64,000 nucleotides of DNA. Origin: Sminthopsis crassicaudata (Eukaryota). A model generated the notes under the pieces. The model did no database searches. It worked only from the letters and a program-made list of their open reading frames with translations, and was not told the origin of the DNA. The stretch is taken from assembly GCF_048593235.1 (NCBI RefSeq), contig NC_133622.1, positions 189,503,198-189,567,197 on the forward strand, given 5' to 3'. This document shows, piece after piece, positions 46,561 through 60,032 of the stretch. Within the stretch, counting starts at the first letter, position 1; every line of letters begins with the position of its first letter. The translations under genes and the position numbers were made by a program.

Positions 46561-47424
46561 ACCTAGCTTCCTTATTTGAAAAAGGAGGACGTTGAGCCTC
46601 AAAATAGGTTATAAAAGAATCAGTATTAAAACCAATTTTCTGGCTCTCTCTTTGTAGAAACATTTCAGGCAAGACCTTACTAATAAGTTTGGGAAGGCCT
46701 GGTCATCACCTGGCCAGGTTCCAGGTACTCATTCCCCAAGCATGATAAGTTACAAATAGAGAGAATCTGTATCTGCAACTTGACCCTGTACTTACTAGTT
46801 GAGAAAGTGGTCAATGCTTTCCCCTCTCTAGTCCTCAGTTTTGCTAGTTATCAAACAAGAGAGTTGTATTAGATGATCTCGAATATCCTTTTTAGTGCCA
46901 AATCCTTTGATCTCCCAATCTAGGATAAAGACATTTTTTCCTTTGCTTTTTCTATCTGCCGGAGCTTGACATGGGCCCCAAGATCAATGCCCAAGTGTGA
47001 CATCTTCATTGTTCTGGGTAAACTTTTTTTTTTCTTGCAAAGGCTGGTGGAATAAATTATAGAAATTTGCATCTTTCCAGAGACAGGGGTTATTTATTCA
47101 ATCAGTTTGGGAGAGGGTGAAGGTTAACTGAGAGATCTGATACTCTCAGAAAAAAATCAGATCCTTCCATCCCAAGATAGGACACACATATACATACATT
47201 AGTTCTTTCATTTAATAAGTATTTCGTGAAATTTTTTTGTGTCAGGCTAAATGCTGATGCCCAGGATACAAAAATAAAAATTAAACGATCCTTACTCCTA
47301 ATGAGCTTAAGTTCTATTGAGGTGGGAAGAGAGAGAGGGACATATCACAGTGATGAGAAAATATGAAATACAAAGTAAAACAGGGAAGTTAAAATCTACA
47401 GGATCAGGGTGGAAAGAAATGGGA

Positions 47425-47553
47425 AAGTCTTTTTTTTTTTTTTTATGGGGGAAGCAATTGGAGTAAGTATTAAATATCTGAGGTCAAATTTGAACTCAGG
47501 TCTTCCTGATTTCAGAGCCAGTGCTCTATTTACTACAACATCTAGTTGCCCCT
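47425..47553 (-). mobile_element. WSINE1-type SINE with internal deletion
   Basis: Poly-T, gaagcaattgg..., tctgaggtcaaatttgaactcaggtcttcctgatttcagagccagtgctcta. Confidence 0.8.
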
Positions 47554-49924
47554 GAAACAGCAGTCTTATGAAAAATGCAGAGTACAATATTAGTAGCTAA
47601 CACTGAGGTTTGCAAAGCATTTTACAAAATATAGTCACTTGGTCCTTGCAATAACCCTGGGAAGTCGGTGCTATTATTATCCCCATTTTTCAGATGAGGA
47701 AACTGAGGCAGACAGGAGTTAAATGACTGGAACAGTGTTACACAAGTGGTAATTGTCCTAGGTTGGATTTGAATTCAGGTCAGCCCAGGTCTGGCACTTT
47801 ATCTACTGAGTCACCTAACTCAAGTAAGCTGAATCTTGAAGGAAGTTTAGGAGTTTAAAAGATGGAGGAAGACATTCATTCCAGGTACCACACTTGGAAG
47901 GAATCTTAGAAGCTATCTAATCCACCTTTCATCTTGCAGATATGGAAAGGGTACTCAAGAAAGACAAAGGACCTATTCAAGATCACCCAGTTAGCTCTAT
48001 ACCAGAGGTCAGATTTGAACCCATGAAACAGCATTCTTGAATGACAAATCCAGGGCTATTTCTGCTATATGGGGCATTCAAAAACCAGTCCTTCACATAT
48101 AAACTTAAACATCCACACATAGCCTAACACACCAGACTCTTTTCTTTCCCTCCAAACACCGTCTCAAATATATTTATTCAACTACTTTCTTGTAATTGGA
48201 CTTACACAACACATTCATGTATGTAGCATGGCAAAGTGAGATGGATATTGATTTGGGGGCCACAGGAGTTGAGTTTGAAACCAGCCTCTGCTACTGGCTA
48301 GTTGTAGGACCTTGGACAAGCCATTTCATCTTTTTAGGACCTCAGTTTGTTCTTTTATTAAATGAAGGGGTTAATGATTTCTAAGGCCCCTTACAACTCC
48401 AAATTCTATGAGTCCTGTTTCAGCTATTCCCTAATTGTGTGATCTTGAGCAAATTGGTTTGCTTTTGAAAGTTGTCCCTTAATTTCCTCTTCTGTAGGAC
48501 ATAGATAATACTACTTGAGATCTTTACCTTACAGAGCTGCTGGGAGCAAAAGCACTTTGGAAATTTAAAGTCATGTAGGAAAGGCCTTTGTTCCTTTCTG
48601 AGACTCTATTTCCCTTTCTGTAAATTGGGGATAAGAATACTGGCACACTCTATTCCACAAAGCAATTGTGAGACTAGTGTTTTCTAGAAAGACAGACTCA
48701 GAGAAATGGAAACTGCCATGGCACTCAGAGTCTCCCGGCAGCCCAGGCTCTGGCTTGTAGAGATGCCTGTCCAGATGTTATCTGGAGGAGCTTACATAAA
48801 TTCAATTCTCGGGTGACTGGGAAAGGCCACAGCTGCTGGGATGGCCGTGGAGCCTGGTGTTATCACTCTGCTCAAAGGGCCTGCTTGGATACTGGGTAGT
48901 GGATGACCTAGGGACCTGCTTGGCCCCCAGTTGGGGCTACTGGGCCAAGATATACAGACATTCCACAGCTCCAGCATCCCATCCCCCCAACTTCCCCCAC
49001 TCCTTTCAATCCCCTGATAGACTTTTTTCCCCTTCTATTCCATGAACTGCTGGAGATAGGATGGGGAGGAGAACTGAAGGCAATCTCTTCCTGCCAGCAA
49101 AATGCAAATAAAACTTTGTGAATTTCAAAGCCAATGTTGGGCCCAGTTCCCTCAACTGATCTAGGATGGTAGGTCTTGCTGAATCCAGGGGCAAGATCTA
49201 GGGCACAGACTCCTTCCATGTGCAGAAATCTAGAGGAGATCATGAAATCCAGCTCCTTCCTTCCAAACTGTGACTAGGAATTATGTCAAAATTTAGTATA
49301 GGGGATGAGTGGGTTTCATTACACCTGCTTCTTACTTCTCCTAGGGGATATAAAAACTGCATTACTTCTCTTAGCATTGAATGTGGTTCAGGGAAACATA
49401 TCCCAGGTCCCCGACCCCCAGCACATACATGGGACAACCTGGCCCTAGGGGAACTAATATACCTACTCTTCCTATGTGCAACATGCTCTGGGTATAGATT
49501 CTCTGCCTGCCCATTATCTCCAAACTCCCTAATAGCTATGTTGTCCCTCTCCCTCCCTGGACCAACCAAGGGCCAACAACCAATCCTCAGAGAATTGAGA
49601 TCCTCTAAAGTGTCCCATTTTCCATAAGTAGAAATTGGTTAAAGGGAGCAGCTCCTTGCCTGAAGTGATACATAGTCCAGAGGGAAAACAGGTCTACAAA
49701 AGGTCTTATCTATTGCTCATCTTCAACTCAACTCCCCGGATATATAATGCACTAGAGAAAAAGCATATGCTGCCATCTCTGTGGTAGGATAAAACCCCAG
49801 AGCTCTTGTCCCCAAGCTCCACTTTTGCTAGAGTGGAGAAAAATCAATTTTTGCCCAAGGTCAAATTGGTGACAATGCTGGGTTTGAACCCAGACTGATT
49901 AATTCTGATCATAGATCTCAGAGT

Positions 49925-50165
49925 TGGTCAATGTTAACATCCTGTTCTTTTAGGGGGGAGGGAGGAGGAGGAGATGTATTCATGATACACTTTGAAATTT
50001 AATCTGTATTATTAATTTTCTCTAAGATTTTCTTAAGTCTAGAGAATAACTTTCTCCCCCAATTAATCAAACCTTATTTTGTAACATTTTTGCTTTGCCA
50101 TGTGTAAATGCTCACACTGGATATTTAATAAGTGGCTCTCCAGGTCATCTGAGCTGGCTCCAGAA
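49925..50165. mobile_element. MER63-like MITE
   Basis: aatttaatctgtattattaattttc...ttcttaagtctagag...gtaaatgctcacactggatatttaataagtggctctcc...gagctggctccag. Confidence 0.7.
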
Positions 50166-50527
50166 AACTTTGCCTCACTAGCCCTATAGTCCAATGTTCT
50201 CATTTGTCATTTAAGGAAACTCAAAGGTAGAGACATTAAGTGACTTACTCAAAGATCCATTGGTAAGGGATCAGCAAATGAAGTATTTGAATCCAGATTG
50301 TCTGATTCCAGAGCCAGGATTTCCTCTTGTACTCTATGGCTGTGATAAGGTCATTTTTTTCAAAGAAAGGGGTGGAGTTCCATTGTACCTTTGGTGACAT
50401 TCTACAGGTTTCCAACTTTTCCCTTCTTATGATTGGATTACAAAATCATAGAATTTAAAGCTGATTATTAAAGGCTTATTCTCTCCCTGCCCTCCCCTGA
50501 AGGGATTTAAGAGACCATCTTCTGAGC

Positions 50528-50690
50528 CAGGGAGTCTTAATCTGGGGTCTTCAAACTCATTTTTTTTCCCCTTAATATTTTAATAACTATTATTTCCCTA
50601 GAATTGATTTCTTTTGTAATCCTGTGGATTTTATTTTATGTATTCAAAAATTATGATTCTGGGAAGGTTCGAGGGTTTAGCAGATTGTCC
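50528..50690. mobile_element. MER5/Charlie1-like hAT fragment
   Basis: cagggagtcttaatctggggtc...ttcttttgtaatcctgtggattttattttatg...ttctgggaagg. Confidence 0.65.
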
Positions 50691-51499
50691 TCTGTTCTAG
50701 TCCAATATCCTCAATTTACAGAAGCAGAAACTGAGGCTCAACAAGCAGACAAGGCTTTCTAGATTTTCCTACTTCTTGAACCTCAGTCTTACACCTGGAG
50801 TTTCCTGTGCTTTCTTGGGACCTGAACGACTGTGACCTTGGTCACAGACCTCACTATTCCCTTTTGTCTCCTCAATGCATTTATCGTTTACTACTGTGCA
50901 TCATAGTATTTATGTTTGTATCTTATTCCCTGACTACACCCAGAGGTCTGGGAGGCAGGGACTGTCTCCTCTCTTAGGAGGTAACCTGGGTCTGAAGACA
51001 CATTCAAAACCCCTTCCTAGAAGTGTGCTTTTGGGTAAGTCAGAAACTTTGGGGTTTCTGTTTCCTACTGTGGACTAATTAAGGGATCCCATATTTAGAT
51101 CTGGAAAGTACTTGAGAGGGATCTAGTCCAATCTCCCAGTTTTATATTGTGACTTATCTAAGATCATACACAAAGTAAACTGGAGGGATTTGAACTAAGG
51201 TCTTCTGATTCCAAATCACGCCCTCTTTCCACTATAACCTTGAAGCTCAGGGCTTTGTATACAGCTGGTGCTTAATACTTGAGTATTGCATTGCCCCAAG
51301 ATTTCTGAGAAGTGTGATCTGGAGTAAACTGGGAGGGCTTCCTGGAGGAGTTGAAACCCTGAAGATTTTGAATGAAGGGAAAAGACTGGGAGTGGAGAGC
51401 AGATAGTAATTGATTTAGGGGTTAATACTTTGGTTTGGGGTGCAGAGAGAGAAGAAGAGGGTGTCTTGCTGGGAGCACTCCCTGTCCTGGCAAGTGCCA

Positions 51500-51900
51500 G
51501 CCCCAGGAGAAAGTGGGTGAGGCCCCCGGAATGGGGCTGGCTAGCTGCCACCTTAATCGGTTTACCGTGAGGTAAGACCGGCCGCTCTGTCTGTCAAGTT
51601 GACTTTGCAGCCTCTTTGCAAACAGGGTTAAAGTCAAGTGTGCCTGTAATCCCGGTGATCCTTCCCTGGCACCTGGACCCAGACCTCGGAGGGCCGAGAG
51701 CATGGCTCTGCTCCCCCTCCCCCTTCCCCTGCTCCCCTCCCGCCAGGGATGTTTATAGGCCCATGAGGGTGGGTTTGTATAGAGCCTGCTGGGCCTGTTT
51801 AGCTGGGAGGCCAATTAGTGGTGTAAAAGCTACCAGGCAATTAGCCTCTAATGACTCTAAGCCCTTGGCTGGGGCTGCTTCTGCCCCAAGAGGCCCAGGC
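51500..51900. promoter_or_regulatory. Putative enhancer (CpG-retaining; nuclear-receptor, FOX and homeodomain motifs)
   Basis: About 9 CpG; GTCAAGTTGAC palindrome 51593-51603; GGTTAAAGTCA 51626-51636; three TAAT/ATTA cores between about 51810 and 51855; TGTTTA motifs. Confidence 0.45.
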
Positions 51901-53719
51901 CAGTCCCAGGAGGGCTGGGCCAGGCAGGGGAGGCAGCTGCAGTGCGTACCAGAGTTCTTTTGCCTATGCTTGGACTGTCTGGCTGCTAGAGTCCTTCCTA
52001 ACTCCACTTCTAAGATTCTGCAAGAAAAGGCATTGGATAGGAAGTCAGAAGACCTCAGTTCACATCCCACAAGGCTCTTTGCCTTTTGGGGCCTCAGTTT
52101 TCCTGTCTACAAAATGGGGATAACTACTCCTTATCTCCACCGTTGCCAGAACTGCTTTGTAATCTAAAGTGCTGTAAAGAAATAAATGAGTCTCCTCCTT
52201 ACACTAGACAAGGCAAATTACCTCCTCCCAGGAGGCCGATGCTTCTGTCTTCTACCTCCTCCAATCTATTGCCAGACCTGGACCTCCCCTGCTAATGCCC
52301 CCTGAGTCAAGTCTTTATTCCTTTTGCTGGCATACGGACCCTCCATGATCTGAAGTCACCCTGCTTATCCAGCTTCATTTCCCCTTGCTTTCATCCAGCA
52401 AAAGGGATGGCTTTGTCTCTTACTCAAGCCCCCAGCTCACTCCCACCTTCCACCTCCTGCCCTGCTCTCCTTCCCTCATCTGCCCAATTTCTGCCTTTTA
52501 AAGCCTCTAATATCAGAACTAAAGATCTGTTTATTGTCATTTACATACTCATGGATTAAGCACCTACTGTGTACAGAGCACTGGTTTCTGCTTTTGTTCA
52601 CTAGCCACAAAGCCTTCTATTAGGCAAGGATATGGGGGGAGTTATCGATACCCATTGAGGAGGGTGTAGGGATGGGGGAATCAGGGCAAGCTTGCCAGAG
52701 GGGATGACTTTGGAGCTGAGCAATTGGAGAGTGGCAATTCAATAGGCAAAAAGGGGGAAACCCCTAATTGAGTTTAGTAGATATTTAATAATCTTTAAGG
52801 AAATAAATTTGTTAGATCTTACAATTCTCCTATTCTTGTGCCTTTTCCACCAGGAAAGGAGAAATACTTTGCTGAAATTCAGCTTATTGGCAATCGCGTC
52901 CTCAGAAAGACCTCTGGGAGCCAGGACCCTGGAAAGTCAATTTTTCCCAGGCCTGCTTTGGATGTGTTGGGGCCTCTGGGTCCGGGTTATCTTCTTAGCT
53001 TCTGTCTTACTTCACTGCCTGGGATCAAAGAGAGACTTATCAACTCCCTAAGAGAGGCTCTGGCCGGCCGGTTTCCCAGGGACTGGGGCATTTGCCAGCC
53101 TTGATGCTGAGGCAGGTCTGTACCCCCAAAGCTTTCTCTCTGTCCTCCTCCCCTTGGGCCTTATCTCCTTTCCCTACTATGCATACTATCTGCTCCAGCT
53201 GAGTCAGTGTAGTCTTCTCATTGATCTGGGAATCCAGCATCTTTGTTCCTGACCCCAACCCCCTTTATTTTGCCCCTCCCCCCCAAGTCTTCCCTTGTCT
53301 TCTTTGATTAGAATTTTTTTTATTGGCCAAAGGCCCATTTGAGTTCCATCTCCTCTAGGCAATCTCCTCTGATCAAGCTGGCTCCTACCCACCATGGAAA
53401 ATGAGGATTGGACTCCATTCTTTCTTGCCATAATCTCTTTCAAATCCATGTGGATGAATTCCCCAGGACAAAACCTGCTTTTCCTCTGTCTCTCCGAGAC
53501 TGTCAGTCGATGAACATTGATCAAGCACCTAACAGGGGCCAGGCACTGGAGATAGAATTTACAAAACTGAGCCCGTTCCCTGCCCTAAGGGAGCTAATAT
53601 CCTACAAAAGGGGAGCAGTAACATCTAAGATGAGCTGGGAAAAGGCCTTGTGTCAATTGATCAATCAGTTCACAAGCATTTGTTGAGCACTTACTAAGAG
53701 CTAGACACTTGAGGATCAA

Positions 53720-53970
53720 AAGAATAAGCATGTTCACATGTATTAACTGATATCATATTGCTTGCCTTCTTCGTGAGTAAGGGAGGGACTCGAGGGAGGA
53801 AAGGAATTTGGAATTCAAAATTTATTTTTTAAAAAGGAATGTTCAAAATAAATAAGTAATTAAAATTTAAAATAAATTTTTTTTACCAATTACATGTGAA
53901 AATAATTTTTAACATTTATTTTTTAAAAAATGTTGAATTCCAAATTCTCTCTTCCCAAGCCATTTAGCAA
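53720..53970. mobile_element. Two old L1 tails, tail-to-tail
   Basis: catattgcttgccttct...ggaatttggaattcaaaa (+), then ccaattacatgtgaaaataatttttaac...ttccaaattctct (-). Confidence 0.7.
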
Positions 53971-55712
53971 TTTGATAAATTTATTTTTTTTTTAAAATAA
54001 AGCTTGGAAAAATTCATACTCTTAATTTTATTGGTAGGGAGAGAAGACAACATGAAGATATTTCAATATGTTCAAAATAAATTTAGACAGGATAAAACAA
54101 TATTCAGCAAAAACTTGGTTTGAATCAAAAGCTGCTTTGACCTCTCCGCTGCTTTTCCCAGCAGACCCAAGGTTTTGAGCAGACGGTCTTTGTCTTGAAG
54201 ACACTAGGCAGCAAGTCAGTGAACTCCTGAAGAGCGAAGTCTTTGAGCTGAGCTGGAGAGATGGGAGATAATAGAAAAATCATTCCAGGCAGAGGTGAGG
54301 ATGTGAGTTAAGACATAAAGAAGAAACATCTGGGATGTATTTGGGGATGAGGGAGTTAATAATCACCCTTTAAAGTGTGCACTTTACTGAGACCCTTAAC
54401 CGCAGCCTGGCCAGCGTAGGTTCTTGGGGAATTAGGAAACTGAGGTTCAGACAGTTAAGTGATTTGCTGCCCAAAGTTATACACAAATGGGGGAAGATTT
54501 GAACTCCGGTTGTCCTGATTCCAAGAGATGCTCTCTGTCCATGACAGGGTGTTGCCTCTCTAGTTGGGGTGGAGTAGGGGAAAAAAATGGCCTATTAGAG
54601 GCACTCTGTTTGGAAGCAGAGCCCTGGTTCAAATCCTGCCTGTGTATTTATTTGTTTTATGACCTTCAGAAAATCCCTTAACTTGATCGTCATTTCTTCT
54701 TCTGCAAAATGGGATGACTCCACCTACCAGTCATTTTCATTTGTGCCGATCAAATGAGATAATGTTTGTAAAGCAACTATGGCAACCCTACAAATGTACT
54801 TTGATAGCATAGGACATGAATGGAATTAAGAGATCTGGGTTCAAATCAGCTGCAACACTTTGCAGTTACAGAGATGACTCACATTGACTTCTTTATCTTA
54901 CAGAAAAATGAACCCATTGTTAGGGTGCAAAGAGAGTTTTAGTTATCAGATGCTCTGAGTTTGAATCCAGCTGTGTTAGACACTTGGACAAGGCTGAGCC
55001 ATGTCTAAAATGGGAAGATAATCATGTTTATACCATGGCATGGGAGGCAGGGAGATGTGGGCTCAGCTTCCATCTCAGGCACTCATTTGCTGTGTGTGGC
55101 CTTAGGCAAATTGCTCACTCCCAAAGCCTCAGCATTCTTATCTGTAAAATGGGGATAATAACACTTAGCTCTCAGGGTTGTTGCATCAGTGAAATGAGAT
55201 AATGTTTAAATTTAATCATTATTACTACCAATCTAAGATGGTTGTTGTGGAAAAAAAAGAACTATTAAATAATTCTGGAAATGTGAGTTATCATTATTTC
55301 TGAGGTGGGAGACGAAGGTTAGACCAATGGAGTCCCTCCCTTAAGGAAACTTCAGCAGCTTCTTGAAGAAGTCTAGCAGGCTGAGGCCTGCCTAACCGGG
55401 GGCCTCTCCCAGCTCTGGGGAAGAGATTGAGATCTGTCCTACTTTCCTCTTCACCAGGCTCTGACAAGCTGCTTCCTGCCACCCACCCCCTTACCCCCCA
55501 TCCTGGGGGCACAGGTGACCCATTTTCAAAATCAGAGGGCCCTGCCCTACCCAGGGAGAAGTCATCTTTCACTAGAAGTACCTAAGACTGCTCTGAACTG
55601 ACTGGATGAGAAGAAGAGGGTAGAGCTTTGAGGAAGAAAGAAGCTTTATTCTAATACCTTCCCAGTTACTTAAGCAGATATATGGTCTCCATCAAGTCAC
55701 TATCTAATTATG

Positions 55713-56126
55713 NNNNNNNNNNNNNNNNNNNNNNNNNNNNNNNNNNNNNNNNNNNNNNNNNNNNNNNNNNNNNNNNNNNNNNNNNNNNNNNNNNNNNNNN
55801 NNNNNNNNNNNNNNNNNNNNNNNNNNNNNNNNNNNNNNNNNNNNNNNNNNNNNNNNNNNNNNNNNNNNNNNNNNNNNNNNNNNNNNNNNNNNNNNNNNNN
55901 NNNNNNNNNNNNNNNNNNNNNNNNNNNNNNNNNNNNNNNNNNNNNNNNNNNNNNNNNNNNNNNNNNNNNNNNNNNNNNNNNNNNNNNNNNNNNNNNNNNN
56001 NNNNNNNNNNNNNNNNNNNNNNNNNNNNNNNNNNNNNNNNNNNNNNNNNNNNNNNNNNNNNNNNNNNNNNNNNNNNNNNNNNNNNNNNNNNNNNNNNNNN
56101 NNNNNNNNNNNNNNNNNNNNNNNNNN
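55713..56126. other. Assembly gap
   Basis: Run of N. Confidence 1.
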
Positions 56127-56578
56127 AACATCAGCTACATGTCAAATGTTACACCCTGAGAATGTAAAGACAACATGAAATAGTCCCTGTCCTCTAGAAG
56201 CTTACATTCTGCTTATGGGGAAAACAAGGACATAGGCTAATTGATAAAAAAAAAAAAATATATATATATATACTAAGTAAAATGAATGAGGTGAGCCACT
56301 GACAGCTGGGGAGATCCTGAAAGGTTGTGTTTAGACTGAGCCTTCCTCCTTGGAAAAATGGAAATGATGGTGTTTATGAAGCTCTAATAAGTGGAAAAGC
56401 ACGTAATAAACAAGATGCTTCATAATTTCCAAAGTCCTGAGATTTCATTCAGGTGGGTCCTCCTTTCACTGAAGCCCACTGCAGTTCCTCTGAGCCTGAG
56501 TGCTGATTGGATGAGTCTCTGAGTCTGGAGACAACTCTCCATTTAGTGGGTGGCAATTCTGGGCCTGAGACTCCTCAC

Positions 56579-56624
56579 CTGGATCTGAGCTGGCCCTCAG
56601 ACAGTCACTGTCTCTGGCAGCCCT
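56579..56624 (-). other. Candidate 46-nt exon, unassigned
   Basis: Minus strand ctttttcccacttcAG acceptor and CAG|GTGAGG donor. Confidence 0.3.
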
Positions 56625-58299
56625 CTGAAGTGGGAAAAAGTATAGACCGGGAGCCAGAGGAAATAGTGTAAGTCTAGCTCCATGTGTTTGACAAGTAATA
56701 TAGCCTCAGTTTCTTCCTTTGTAAAATGAGCAAATCCTTCCTCAACTTACTTGTTATATCTTTTCATTCTACTGGCAAAATCTTCGAGACCATAGGGTTC
56801 TGTAGGCCAAGATAAAGCATCAGAAAAGAGTGACTGAATGAAGAGGAATACTTGAACGGAAAATACAAACGAATGTGCTGTATCAATATAAGGGAGTGTT
56901 ACTGGTTTGGTTTTTTTTAATTAAATTTTTATTTTTTTAATTAAGAATTTAGCAATTGTCAACTAACATGTATTTTTATATACAATAAAAAACCAATAAA
57001 GGGGTTGGATAAGAAGTTAAATTTCTGTTATATGTGTGTGAATAATATATATATATGCTAAATTTGATGTAGTAATTTAATTTAATTCCTGTCTGGCCTT
57101 CTCCTCAACTCAGAATTCACAGGTTTGCTGGCTGGGTCTCCAGGGGGTTGACTTCTTGGATTCAAAAGTATTCTGTGAGATTGTACCCCTAAAACTACTC
57201 ACGAGCCCCTATAGGACAGTCAAAACAAAGGCACTGATTAAGATAACATAGTCAGAATAGTAGTTACAAAATATTGTCCCATTGACTTGAGATATATTTT
57301 CTCCCAAATGCACATAAAATCCACGGGAAGATAGAGCATAAACTTAATAATGTACACTGGTAGCGAGACGCACTGGTACTACATAATAATAATAGCTAAC
57401 ATTTATTTAATGCCTGCTGTGTACCAGGCACTGTGCTAATTTACTTTACAATTAATATCACATTTGAGCCTCACAACTCTGCAAAATGTATATTAGGTCA
57501 CATTTGAACACACATCTCTCACGACTCCAGACTCTCCATCCCTCTAGCCAGGACAGGATCTAGATCATCCTTTCTCTTTTTGTGTTGTCCTTAAATTGCT
57601 TTTCTTGGACTCTCAGCAGAGAGTTACTCCACTGGATCCACTGGATCTGCTCTTGACCGTCAGAACTAGCTCTTTTCTCTGCTCGGAGAGTCTACGTTCC
57701 TCAAAGTTGCCTCCTTCGCCCACCCCATCCCCAATCTCTTTGTTTATGTCTCTCTCCTGTATCTCTTTACTGGGTGGGTGTCTCTGATGCAAGATACCTC
57801 CACTGATGTAGAAGTGAAGAGATAAAATCCCTTCACCCCCACAGCTGCTCTCTGGCAGGGGTCAGAGCCACACTTTCCACCTTGAAGGCACCTCCTCTAC
57901 TGTGACTCTTAATGTTTTAAAGGCGTGGGGTCAATCTTATGGAAAGTCTGCAGACAGCTAGCTACTTTTCTAATTTGATCAGGGCCAACTCTGTTATACT
58001 TTGTAAGGGGATAATAAGTCAAACTCAACCTTATACTGAACTTTAACCTATTAATTGCTCTTTACCTCTTTTATCTACTCCTTGCTTTCTGGGATTACAT
58101 CCACTAGGCTGAAAGGAGAGAAATGGAATTCCTCCTTTAACCTACTCTTCTTACCCCCAAATACATAGTTTAAAAAATGCTGTATTTGATTGTGTCCCCC
58201 TTTCCCCCTTTTAGTTTGTTTGTTTTTTCTTGTTGTTCATTTAAAGAATATTTGCTTATTTTATAGATCTATCACTACCCATCAACCTTCTCACCCATT

Positions 58300-58441
58300 T
58301 CCCCCCCCCCTGAGGCTGGGGTTAAGTGACTTGCCCAGGGTCACACAGCTAGGAAGTGTTAAATGTCTGAGACCAGATTTGAACTCGGGTCCTCCTGACT
58401 TCAGGGCTGGTGCTCTATCCACTGCACCACCTAGCTGCCCC
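58300..58441 (-). mobile_element. WSINE1-type SINE, near intact
   Basis: ctgaggctggggttaagtgacttgcccagggtcacacagctaggaagtgttaaatgtctgag...ccactgcaccacctagctgcc; degenerate TSD acccattt / acccgttt. Confidence 0.95.
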
Positions 58442-59084
58442 TACCCGTTTGTAATAAATATGTGTTATCCAGCAAAACAAACCAACATTACGACTGAAAT
58501 AGGCTAGATGAAAAAGATTAAAACAACCGGGCCTGTCCCAGGTTTGAGGTTGGCTGATGACTCCTTTTTTCAATATTTGGAGAGTTTACATGAGGGGGAT
58601 GCTGATATTTTGTTGTTATTGTGCCTTTGGAGATTACTTGAAATAAAAGGAGAAATTACAGTTGGGAATTAAAAAAAAATACTTTCTGATCATCAAAGAG
58701 ATAAAACTCTAGAATTTGTGACCAAGAGAAGACATGAAGACTTTGTCCTGGGAGAGCTTTAGGTGGCAAATGCCTAACTGTTTGTGTGAGATAGATGACT
58801 TTTCCATATCTCATGTAGCTTGAGAACAATTAGATTCTGTGACGTTCCCAAAGCAGCCCAACCTTTGGATAATGATTCCCAGGAGCCACTCTAGGACTTT
58901 GGGGGAGTAATCCTATCTTTTCCGTCCAAGTTCTTATTCTTCTAGAGGAGAGCAAAATTACCAATTCCCCTGCAGATGTTGTCAGTCCTGAACTTGATAG
59001 CCCTCTTAATAAAGCCTAAAATAGCATTAGCTTTTTTGACAGCCATCTTTAAGTCATTGAGCATTTATGAAGTAGATACCCCAT

Positions 59085-59340
59085 GCTATAAGAAGCTAGA
59101 TGGTACATTGGATAGAACGTTGCCTTTGGAGTCAGGAAGCCCTGTGTTCCAAACTGGCCTTAGACACTAAATAGATGTGTCCTACTAGCTTGAGCAAGTC
59201 ACATAACTTGGTTGCCTCAGTTTCCTCATCTGTAAAATGAGCTGGAGGAGGAAATGGCAAATCATTTCAATATTTTTGTCAAGAAAACCCCAAATGGGTC
59301 ACAGCGAGTCAAAACAGGATTGAAATAACTCAACAACAAT
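59085..59340 (+). mobile_element. Mar1-type SINE inside the L3 remnant
   Basis: agctagatggtacattggatagaacg head, CORE, aggaaatggcaaatcatttc...aagaaaaccccaaatgggtcac tail. Confidence 0.88.
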
Positions 59341-59924
59341 GCTAACGACCCCATACATTCAGAGTGCCATGTTGTACCGCTGACCATGACCCAGATCTTT
59401 TTCACATGTATCGCTGCCCAATCATGCCTTATTATGTTCAGTATTTATGAAGCTGATTATTTGGTTCCAAGTGAAGAACTTTATATACATTTTATTGTAT
59501 TTGTGCCAATATTCTAGCTTGCTGAGAACTTTTTTTTTATTCTTACCTTGCCATATATCTCATCCCTCCCAGCTTTATGTCAGCTGAAAATTTGATAAGA
59601 ATGTCACCTATGACTTCCTCTATGTCCTCAGTAACAATATGGAGCAAAATAGGGTCAGCTAGTTCACATCCCTCCGGCCCATCCACAAGGGGATAGCGTG
59701 AGAAGCTTTGTTGAACACTTTGCTTTAATCTCAGAACCCTCTGTCTTTAACATTAGCCTGGCAAAAGGGAAATGAGCTTAGTTTGTTGTGACCTGTTCTT
59801 GCTGAAGTCATGCAGGCTCATAACAATCACCAAAATTCCTTTTCTAAATGCTCACCAGTCTTATCTTTAAAAATGTGATCTAGACTTTTGCCAGGAATTG
59901 AAATTATTTTCATTCATTCAGGTA

Positions 59925-60032
59925 AATGGGGTAAGTGATTCTCCCAGTTATATAAGTAATGGTCTGAGGCTGGATTTGAACTCTTCCAGCTCCAGGACTA
60001 GTGCTCTATCCATTAGATTACCTAGCTGTCCC
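59925..60032 (-). mobile_element. Short tRNA-derived SINE inside the L3 remnant
   Basis: tctgaggctggatttgaactc...gtgctctatcca...acctagctg. Confidence 0.75.

Noticed and set aside
55682-56167. ORFs of 143-161 aa
   Set aside because: Almost entirely an N gap
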